From Candidatus Limnocylindrales bacterium (GTDB lineage Bacteria > Chloroflexota > Limnocylindria > Limnocylindrales > CSP1-4), in NCBI GenBank assembly GCA_035699445.1, contig DASSPX010000132.1:299-64298 (forward strand): a stretch of DNA of 64,000 bases, read 5' to 3'. Below are positions 8,361 to 15,664 of the stretch, in pieces; the first letter of the stretch is position 1; each line of letters starts with the position of its first letter. Under the pieces are notes generated by a model. It was given only the letters and a program-made list of their open reading frames with translations. It did no database searches and was not told the DNA's origin. Made by a program: the position numbers and the translations under genes.

Positions 8361-10070
8361 ATGGCAGCGGGCTGGCGCCGGCACGCCACGCCCCGTCGGG
8401 TCGCCGGCGGCGCGACCGGCATCGCCGTGCTGGCGATGGTCGCGGCGGCCGTCGCGCTGCCGCTCGGACCGCTCGGTCCGTCCCCTTCGGGCGCTACGGC
8501 TGCTCCGGCCGCATCAGGGGGCCCCGTGCCGTCGGCGGTGTCCTCGGTCGCTGCCGACACTCCGTTGCTCCATCCCGTTCGGGTGGCCACCGGCATCCGC
8601 TACCGGGACGGCTGGGGGATCCGGGCCCTCACCATCGCCGACGACAGCCCGCCGGCCACCGCCGAGAGCCCGGCCATGCTCCAGGAGTTCTGGACGATGA
8701 TCCCGTGGCTGGACGCCGCCGGCGTTGCCGACGAGGGGCCGGTCACCACCCTTCCGGGTCCGCTGACGTTCCAGACCGGTGACAGGCCGGTGCTCGCCAT
8801 CGGGATCACGAGCCCGGACCGGAAGGTCCCGCTCGACGCGCGCGTCTGGCGCGTCGAGGGCGGCGACCTTCCCCAGCGGATCGTGCCCAAGGTGATGGCG
8901 GCCGAGCCCGGCCGCACGATCTGGCTGCCGACCACGCCACAGGGCGAGACGCTCTCCGCCTGGCCGCCGGGGCTCTACCGGATCGACCTGATCGTGGCCC
9001 GCCGGATCGTGCGCGTCAGCCTCCGGGTGCCGGGTGTGGAGGAGACCGAGCGTCGCGTCGGCAGCGAGCCGGCGCCCGATCCGCGCCTCGCCACGATGCC
9101 GGACGAGGACATCATCAAGGGACTCGAGCAGAAGCTGGTCAACGAGTCGTTCACCGGCTTCGTCGTCACCGGTGGCGAGGTCAACCCGCTGCCCCGTGCG
9201 ACCGACCGGGCACGGGACGAGCTGACGTCGTGGCTCGATCCGGTGCTGCCCGGCCGGGGGCGAGGCTTTGCCGAGCGGGCGCGGTTCGGCTCGATCGTCG
9301 TGGGCACGTCCGCGACGGCGATCGGCTGGATCCTCCCCGCCGGCGCCGAGGCCCTCCAGACCGACCTGTGGATGCTCGCGCCGCGCGAGGAGGAGCTCCG
9401 CGTCCAGACGACCGCGCTGCGGGTGGCCCGGGGCTCGAGCTTCGCCGACGCCGTACTCGTTCGGCCCGTCGCCGGGGCGCGCTGGCCGGCGGCGGTCTAC
9501 CGGCTGGAGGCATCCTGGCAGGAACACGGCGGCGGCGTTGCCTACGCCTCGTGGCACGTGGACCTCACGCCCGCCATCGTCGAGGTGCCCGGCGGCTCGC
9601 AGGCGGACCTCGCCCGCGTCTGGCGCGAAAAGGAGGCGTCGCTCACCGCGTCGGCGGAGTTCGATCCGGTGATCTACGACACCGTGCCGCTGCTCGACTC
9701 CGGCGACGCCGAATCCGGACTCTCGGCGTCGAAGCCCGGCGAGGCATGCGCGGACCGGCGCCTGATCAGCCCCGAAGGCGGCCCGCTGGGCATCCGCGGC
9801 CTCGACGGCGAGAACATCTCGACGTTCCAGGTGTATCGCGTGTTCGACGGCGGGACGCGCATCCCGATCGCGTCCGGCCTCGTCCCGGATGCGGCGCCGG
9901 ACCTCGCGCTCGTCATGACGCCGGTTCAGGGCTGGCAGCCCGGCGCCTACCGGATCGTGCTCCGGTTTGCCGGCGGCCTCCATGCTCGACCGGCGATGAC
10001 GTTCCTCGTCTGCGCCGGGGTCATCGACGGCGAGCGGCTGGTGTTCGATCCGGCCACGACGTCCGGCTGA
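8361..10070 (+). CDS. Membrane-anchored protein of unknown family, paralogue 1 (three WxPGxYR-ending modules)
   Basis: ATG at 8361 is preceded by GGAGGA at 7-nt spacing. N-terminal anchor GIAVLAMVAAAVALPL. Colinear with the next gene. High GC3. Confidence 0.75.
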   Translation: MAAGWRRHATPRRVAGGATGIAVLAMVAAAVALPLGPLGPSPSGATAAPAASGGPVPSAVSSVAADTPLLHPVRVATGIRYRDGWGIRALTIADDSPPATAESPAMLQEFWTMIPWLDAAGVADEGPVTTLPGPLTFQTGDRPVLAIGITSPDRKVPLDARVWRVEGGDLPQRIVPKVMAAEPGRTIWLPTTPQGETLSAWPPGLYRIDLIVARRIVRVSLRVPGVEETERRVGSEPAPDPRLATMPDEDIIKGLEQKLVNESFTGFVVTGGEVNPLPRATDRARDELTSWLDPVLPGRGRGFAERARFGSIVVGTSATAIGWILPAGAEALQTDLWMLAPREEELRVQTTALRVARGSSFADAVLVRPVAGARWPAAVYRLEASWQEHGGGVAYASWHVDLTPAIVEVPGGSQADLARVWREKEASLTASAEFDPVIYDTVPLLDSGDAESGLSASKPGEACADRRLISPEGGPLGIRGLDGENISTFQVYRVFDGGTRIPIASGLVPDAAPDLALVMTPVQGWQPGAYRIVLRFAGGLHARPAMTFLVCAGVIDGERLVFDPATTSG

Positions 10071-10118
10071 GCGGCAGCCCCGGACGTCCTCGGCTGGCGC
10101 GCGATCGATCCGCCGGCG

Positions 10119-11801
10119 ATGGGTAGCGAGGAGCTCCTCGTCCAGGCCGTGCGGGTCCGCGGGCACGCAGGCTCGTCACGCCGGGCGAGGGGAGCGGTGG
10201 CGGCGACGGCGGGTGTCCTCGTCCTGCTGATCGCGAAGCCATGGGCGACACCCACCGCGCCGGTCCCGGTTCCCGCAACGGGGCCGACCCCCGCCGCACG
10301 TCCGACAGCGACGACCGGCTCGCTCGCCCCGATCGCCGTGTCGCCCGCGGCCGCCCGACCGAGCCCCGCGGCCGTGGCGGCGGCGATCCGCCCGCACATG
10401 GCCTGGGGCGTCCGGGTGCTCGTGCCCGCCGACCCGACGGGTGCCCTTCCGTCCCGGGAACTGCGCGAGGTCTGGACGCCGGCCACCGGCCCGGACGTCC
10501 CCATGGACCGGCAGGCCTGGCGCCCCGGCGGTCGCGGCGTGCTCGAGCTCGTGACCGGCGATCGACCCGTGGTCGGCCTCGGCCTGACGGGCCCCGACCT
10601 CGACGTCCCGCTCGCGACCCGCATCTGGCGGCTCGTGCCGGGCGCCGTCCCGGAGCTCACCGTGCCGGAATCGGTGCCGGCCGATCCCGGGCGTCCGATC
10701 TGGCTTGCGCGCGACGGCGCCGGGTCGCGCCTCGACCGCTGGCGGCCTGGGACCTACCGGATCGACGTGCTCGACGGCGTCGCGATCCGCCGCCTCGTCA
10801 TCCGCATCCCCGGTGCCATCGCGGACGACGGAGCGCGGCCCCTGCTCCCCGGTGAGCCGGACGAGGTCGCGCTCGGGATGCTCGGGGCCGCCGGCGCCGG
10901 TCGGACGGGCGCGGCGCTGCTCCACGACGGCGGCGCCACGGCGCTGCCGACGGCCACCAGCCGACCGGCGGACGAACTCACGAGCTGGATCGACCCGGCC
11001 GATCCGGAAGCTCGCTGGCTCCGACCGACGCGGATCGTCGCGGCCGCCCCGACGGCGATCGCGTGGTTGCCGGAGCCGCAGGCGACCATCCTCGGCGCAC
11101 GGGTCGACATGCTGGCGCCGATCGAGCGTCGGTTCACCCTCGTTGACGATCGGGTTCACATGGGCGGGGCGACCCCGCGCGAGGTCGTCCTCCTGCGCTG
11201 GGCGACCGGCCGTGCGTGGCCGCACGGCGTGTACCGCGTCCAGGCATCGTGGGTCCGTGCCGATGGAAGCGTGGGCCGGGTCGCCTGGCACCTCGACCTC
11301 GTGCCGGCGCGAGACCGGCCGTTGGGCAACGCGCTGGCCCGGCTCGCCCGGGGCTGGATCCGCGACCCGGAGAGCGTCGCCGAGCGCGTCCTCGGTCCCG
11401 CCGACGTGTTCGATGGGGGAGCCCTGGCCCGACCCGCCGACGCGTGCGGTCGACGGCGGCTTCTCGAGGCGTCGACGACCGGACTCGGGCTAACGGGACT
11501 CGGCGAGCGGCGCGTCGATCAGGTGACCGTGGCCCGCCTGTTCGAGAACGGCTACCGGATCCCGTTGCGAGCGGGTCTCGTGCCCCGCGCGGCGGAGGGG
11601 CTTGCCATCGTTGCGTCCCCGGGAGCCGGCTGGGAGCCCGGGGCCTACAGGATCAACGTGCGCTTCGCCGAGCCCGACGCGCAGGGACTTCGCTCGGTCA
11701 CCTTCCTCGCCTGCGTCGGGGCCGGGGACCTCGACGCCACGGGCGACGGGCTGCGGTTCGATCCGACGACGACGGTGTTCATCCGGGCGCCCGGCGTGTG
11801 A
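10119..11801 (+). CDS. Membrane-anchored protein of unknown family, paralogue 2
   Basis: 560 aa. Anchor AVAATAGVLVLLIA, then a Pro/Ala linker. Shares blocks DELTSWIDP, WPHGVYRVQASW...WHLDL and GWEPGAYRINVRF...TFLACVG with paralogue 1. Start codon uncertain. Confidence 0.75.
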   Translation: MGSEELLVQAVRVRGHAGSSRRARGAVAATAGVLVLLIAKPWATPTAPVPVPATGPTPAARPTATTGSLAPIAVSPAAARPSPAAVAAAIRPHMAWGVRVLVPADPTGALPSRELREVWTPATGPDVPMDRQAWRPGGRGVLELVTGDRPVVGLGLTGPDLDVPLATRIWRLVPGAVPELTVPESVPADPGRPIWLARDGAGSRLDRWRPGTYRIDVLDGVAIRRLVIRIPGAIADDGARPLLPGEPDEVALGMLGAAGAGRTGAALLHDGGATALPTATSRPADELTSWIDPADPEARWLRPTRIVAAAPTAIAWLPEPQATILGARVDMLAPIERRFTLVDDRVHMGGATPREVVLLRWATGRAWPHGVYRVQASWVRADGSVGRVAWHLDLVPARDRPLGNALARLARGWIRDPESVAERVLGPADVFDGGALARPADACGRRRLLEASTTGLGLTGLGERRVDQVTVARLFENGYRIPLRAGLVPRAAEGLAIVASPGAGWEPGAYRINVRFAEPDAQGLRSVTFLACVGAGDLDATGDGLRFDPTTTVFIRAPGV

Positions 11802-11810
11802 CAATCGGCC
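11796..11810 (+). promoter_or_regulatory. Second copy of the GTGnGACAATCGGCC motif (candidate extended -10)
   Basis: GTGTGACAATCGGCC overlaps the stop codon of paralogue 2 (TGA 11799-11801) and precedes the next small ORF. Confidence 0.3.
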
Positions 11811-11898
11811 CGCGCGATGGGGGCCATGCGCGGTGTCGGCGACCCGCCCGCGGCCTGCACACTGCGGTGGGGCTCCCGGCCTGCAGCGAGGTGTCGAC

Positions 11899-12363
11899 AT
11901 GACCGCCGATGCGACGACCCTCCCGTCCCGACTGCCGGGCGCCGAGCGGAGCAGCCGAACCTCACGGACGCTCGCGCTCGCGGCCCTGACGCAGTACCGG
12001 GCCCTCCACCACCGACTGGGGGCGCTCGACCCCGAGGCGGCCGACGACCGCGCCTTCGCCTCGGGTGAGCGCTGGCTGCTCGTCTGGGCGGGGGCCCAGG
12101 AATGGGTCGTCGGCGAGGATGCCGCGACCCGCATCGACCGCCTGATCGAGGAGATTCGCGATCTCGAACCGCCGGTCGGCACGGAGTGGCTGACCGCGTT
12201 CCCGCGCGCCGTCGCCGCTGCGCTCGACCGGCGCACCGGCGACACCGCGAGCGGCCAGCGCCGGCGGTTCGCGGATCGGACCGCCCGGCCCACGCCACGC
12301 GCCGGCCGTGACGACGCCGACACCGACGCAACGCACGTCCCGACGGGGGCCGGCTCCCGCTAG
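11899..12363 (+). CDS. Hypothetical protein
   Basis: 154 aa from ATG 11899 (alternative in-frame GTG at 11833). GC3 is high in this frame. Sequence MTADATTLPSRL...WLLVWAGAQEWVVGEDAATRIDRLIEEIRDLEPP has non-shadow composition. No family recognised. Confidence 0.45.
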   Translation: MTADATTLPSRLPGAERSSRTSRTLALAALTQYRALHHRLGALDPEAADDRAFASGERWLLVWAGAQEWVVGEDAATRIDRLIEEIRDLEPPVGTEWLTAFPRAVAAALDRRTGDTASGQRRRFADRTARPTPRAGRDDADTDATHVPTGAGSR

Positions 12364-12366
12364 ACT
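12361..12366 (+). promoter_or_regulatory. Candidate -10 box TAGACT for the deaminase gene (near-leaderless)
   Basis: TAGACT ends 9 nt before the ATG at 12376. Confidence 0.3.
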
Positions 12367-12375
12367 CGGGCGAGG

Positions 12376-13428
12376 ATGGCCCAGCTCTCCCGGAAGGTTC
12401 CCCTCGCCGAGCTGCACTGTCACCTCGGCGCGGCGGTCACCCCGGCAATCATGTGGAGCATCGCCCACGCCCAGGGGATCAAGCTCCCCACGCGGGACTA
12501 CTGGGAGTTCCGGGACCTGATCACGGTCCACCCCCGCCGCCCGAAGAGCTTCGACGGCTACCTCCAGCTGTTCCACTGGACCGAGCTCATCCAGTCCAGC
12601 CCGATCGCGATCGAGCGCGCCGTCTACGAGGTGGTCGGCGGGGCGTACCGAAAGAACAACGTCACGACCATGGAGCTCCGCTTCAACCCGATGAAGCGGA
12701 ACCGGGGTGGCGAGCAGGATCTCGACCACATCATCGCGGCCGCCGTGCGCGGGATGGACCGCGCCACGCTTGAGTACCCGGTGAAGCCCGGCCTGATCTT
12801 CTGCCTCGACCGCGCGTTCCCGTACGAGCTGAACGAGATCATCGCCGAGAAGGCGATCGCCTGGCGGGACCGAGGCGTAGTGGGCGTCGACATCGCAGGC
12901 CCCGAATCGGCCACCTTCCGGGTCGCGGACTACCGCCGGCTGTTCCGGCGTGCGCGGCAGTTCGGGCTGGGGATCACGGTGCACACGGGCGAGGCCGGCC
13001 CCGTCGACGAGGTTGCGCGGGTCATCGAGCTGCTCGAGCCGGACCGGATCGGGCACGGGGTGAAGAGCGCGTACGACCCGCGCGCGATGGAGATGCTTGC
13101 CGAGCGCGGGATCGTGCTCGAGATCTGTCCCACCTCCAATCTGAACACCGGGGTGGTGTCGGGCTGGGACGAGATGCGCTGGATCCTCGACCAGTTCCGG
13201 CGAAACGGCGTCCGGTTCACGATCAGCACCGACGGGCCGGAGATGCTGAAGACGTACATCCGCGACGAGCTCGCGACGCTTGGGCGGCTGGGCATCCTGT
13301 CGCTCGAGGAACAGCAGCAGGTCGCCGCGACGTCGCTGGCTGCTTCGTTCGTCCCGAACGTGTCCGAGGTGCCGCTGCCGCGCCGTCAGCCCGCGCCGCG
13401 CGACGTCGTCGAGCGCGAGGAGGCCTGA
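12376..13428 (+). CDS. Adenosine/adenine deaminase-family amidohydrolase
   Basis: 350 aa. N-terminal metal motif ELHCHLG; TVHTGE; HGV; C-terminal ISTDGPEM where canonical adenosine deaminases have (S/T)DDP. Confidence 0.8.
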   Translation: MAQLSRKVPLAELHCHLGAAVTPAIMWSIAHAQGIKLPTRDYWEFRDLITVHPRRPKSFDGYLQLFHWTELIQSSPIAIERAVYEVVGGAYRKNNVTTMELRFNPMKRNRGGEQDLDHIIAAAVRGMDRATLEYPVKPGLIFCLDRAFPYELNEIIAEKAIAWRDRGVVGVDIAGPESATFRVADYRRLFRRARQFGLGITVHTGEAGPVDEVARVIELLEPDRIGHGVKSAYDPRAMEMLAERGIVLEICPTSNLNTGVVSGWDEMRWILDQFRRNGVRFTISTDGPEMLKTYIRDELATLGRLGILSLEEQQQVAATSLAASFVPNVSEVPLPRRQPAPRDVVEREEA

Positions 13429-13432
13429 GGCC

Positions 13433-13774
13433 TCACGCCTTCCGGGGCGGCTCCTCGAACGAGACCCCGCACCGCGGACAGCGTGGGGGCAGGGAGCGAC
13501 GGAACAGCAGTGGACGGGCGCCGCAGCGCGGACACCGCCCGGTCATCCACAGGTAGCCCACGACGCCGACGAGGACGACGGCGACCCCGACGAGCGGGAC
13601 CCACTCGTCGCCCGCACCGAAGCCGAGCGCGGTTCCGCCGATCCCGAGGGCGGCGAACACGACGAGCCACAGCATCGAGCGTGCGGTGCGGTCAGCAGCC
13701 GTTGCGATGGTCGCCCATTCGCCACGGCTGAGGAGCGGCGCCGAACCGGCGGAGTCAGGCCCGTCGCTGGTCAC
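13433..13774 (-). CDS. Small membrane protein with C-terminal zinc ribbon
   Basis: 113 aa. Two hydrophobic helices (MLWLVVFAALGIGGTALGFGA; WVPLVGVAVVLVGVVGYLWM), then CPRCG-x13-CPRCG. Confidence 0.6.
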   Translation of the reverse strand: MTSDGPDSAGSAPLLSRGEWATIATAADRTARSMLWLVVFAALGIGGTALGFGAGDEWVPLVGVAVVLVGVVGYLWMTGRCPRCGARPLLFRRSLPPRCPRCGVSFEEPPRKA

Positions 13775-13896
13775 GATCCGGGAACGCTACCAGCCGCACG
13801 GCTCGCCGTCGGTGTCCGGCCGTCTGCTGCGCTTCGAGCGCACGTCGGTCGCCGGCGATCGGTCAAACCGTTCCGCATCGGACGAGCATCGCGCGG

Positions 13897-13905
13897 TGCT
13901 AGCCT
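13897..13905 (+). promoter_or_regulatory. Candidate extended -10 (TGcTAGCCT) giving a leaderless acyl-CoA dehydrogenase mRNA
   Basis: TGCTAGCCT ends 8 nt before the ATG at 13914. No SD. Confidence 0.35.
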
Positions 13906-13913
13906 CGGTGTCG

Positions 13914-15074
13914 ATGGACCTCGACCTCGCGCCCGAGCACATCCTCCTCCGCGACACCGTTCGCGAGTTCATGACCGAGGAAGTGGCGCCACTCGTCGAC
14001 GAGCACGAGCGCGCCCGCCGCTTCCCCTCCGAGGTCGTCGCGCGCCTGGGCGCGATGGGCTGGCTGGGCATCCCCGTCCCCGAGCGATGGGGCGGCGCCG
14101 GGATGGACACGCTGTCCTACGCGATTGCCGTGGAGGAGATCGGGCGCGTCTGGGGGTCGCTGGGCCTGATCGTCGCGGCGCACACGAGCCTCGGCTGCGG
14201 GCCGCTCCTGCTCGCCGGCACTGACGAGCAGAAGGAGCGCTTCCTCGCGCCGATGGCGAGCGGCCGCGTCCTCGGGGCGTACGGGCTCACCGAGCCGGGC
14301 GCCGGCAGCGACGCCGGCGGCACGCGAACGACCGCGCGGCTCGACGAGTCGGACGGCTGCTGGGCGATCGACGGCGGCAAGCGGTTCATCACCAATGCGG
14401 GCCAGGCCGGCACGTACATCGTCACCGCCCGGACCGGGACGACCGACAAGGGCGACGCGGAGATCTCCGCGTTCATCGTCCCCGCCGAGACGCCCGGCTT
14501 CTCCGTCGGTCGCCTCGAGGAGAAGATGGGCCTCCACGCGAGCGCGACCGGCGAGCTGCGGTTCGACGGCGCGCGCGTTCCCGCGGAGAACCTCCTGGGC
14601 GCCCGCGGCGACGGGTTCCGGACCTTCCTGAAGATCCTCGACGGCGGCCGGATCTCGATCGGCGCGCTTGCGCTCGGACTCGCGCAGGCCGCCCTCGACG
14701 CGGCGATCCCGTACGCGCAGACGCGCGAGCAGTTCGGCCGGCCGATCGGCAGCTTCCAGGGTGTGGCGTTCATGATCGCGGACATGGCGACCGAGATCGA
14801 GGCGGCCCGGGCGCTCGTGTACCGCGCCGCATGGCTCAAGGACCAGGGCCGCGACTACGCGCTCGCGGCGGCCCAGGCGAAGCTGTTCGCGTCCGAGGTA
14901 TCGAGCCGCGTGACGAACGCCGCGATCCAGGTCCACGGCGGGTACGGCTACGTCGAGGAGTACAAGGTCGAGCGGTTCCTGCGCGACGCGAAGCTGACCG
15001 AGATCGGGGAGGGGACCAGCCAGGTGCAGCGGCTGGTGATCGCGCGCCGGATCCTCCGCCTGCGGGTGGTCTGA
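13914..15074 (+). CDS. Acyl-CoA dehydrogenase
   Basis: 386 aa. MDLDLAPEHILLRDTVREF..., LTEPGAGSDAGG, C-terminal GGYGYVEEYKVERFLRDAKLTEIGEGTSQVQRLVIAR. Confidence 0.95.
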   Translation: MDLDLAPEHILLRDTVREFMTEEVAPLVDEHERARRFPSEVVARLGAMGWLGIPVPERWGGAGMDTLSYAIAVEEIGRVWGSLGLIVAAHTSLGCGPLLLAGTDEQKERFLAPMASGRVLGAYGLTEPGAGSDAGGTRTTARLDESDGCWAIDGGKRFITNAGQAGTYIVTARTGTTDKGDAEISAFIVPAETPGFSVGRLEEKMGLHASATGELRFDGARVPAENLLGARGDGFRTFLKILDGGRISIGALALGLAQAALDAAIPYAQTREQFGRPIGSFQGVAFMIADMATEIEAARALVYRAAWLKDQGRDYALAAAQAKLFASEVSSRVTNAAIQVHGGYGYVEEYKVERFLRDAKLTEIGEGTSQVQRLVIARRILRLRVV

Positions 15075-15150
15075 GCCCGTCGCGGCCTCGTTGACCGCCA
15101 CGTGGTCATCCCGGGCTGATCGGGACTCCAGCCGGCCCTGCTCCGACCCC

Positions 15151-15633
15151 TCAGCCGCCGGTTCCGGCCGCCGCCTCGAGCACGTCGCGGAGGGCCGCCT
15201 CGAACTCCGGCGCCCAGGGACCCTGCGACGCGATCACGTACGGCGACTGCTCGATCTGCTCGAACGCGTCCGGATTGTCCACGAACGCGGCCGCGCACGG
15301 CCCGATCTCGGCGCGGTGCCGCTCGAACGCGTCACGGTTGCGGAAGATGTAGAGGTAGAGCGTGGCGGGCGCCGTCTGGTCGAGCCCGGTCGCGTCGAAG
15401 CGGATCGCGGTCGGGATGAGGTCGGGGTCGTCGCACCCGGCATCGCCCGACACGTAGTCCGCGACCCGGATGCCGGCGGCGTTCAGGCGACCCGCGAGGC
15501 CCGGGAAGTCGGTGGGCGTGGCCGGCGGCGCCGTCATCGTGATCGCCCCGCACGCGGCGACGACCCAGCCCAGCGCGATCGCTCCTGCCGCCCGCCCGCC
15601 GCGCGAGGCGACGGTACGAAGGTCCGGAGGCAC
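15151..15633 (-). CDS. Putative lipoprotein, unknown function
   Basis: 160 aa. Signal peptide with lipobox-like VVAACG. Non-shadow composition (YLYIFRNRDAFERHRAEIGPC...). Confidence 0.7.
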   Translation of the reverse strand: MPPDLRTVASRGGRAAGAIALGWVVAACGAITMTAPPATPTDFPGLAGRLNAAGIRVADYVSGDAGCDDPDLIPTAIRFDATGLDQTAPATLYLYIFRNRDAFERHRAEIGPCAAAFVDNPDAFEQIEQSPYVIASQGPWAPEFEAALRDVLEAAAGTGG

Positions 15634-15664
15634 GCCGGGAGGCTAGCAGGGGCGCGCCGATGAC

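Noticed and set aside
11817-12068. 83-aa ORF starting 5 nt after the predicted transcription start of the 11796 promoter motif
   Set aside because: GC3 is high for only the first 20 or so codons, then collapses. The composition is Arg/Pro/Gly shadow-like. The overlapping frame starting at 11899 has better coding character.
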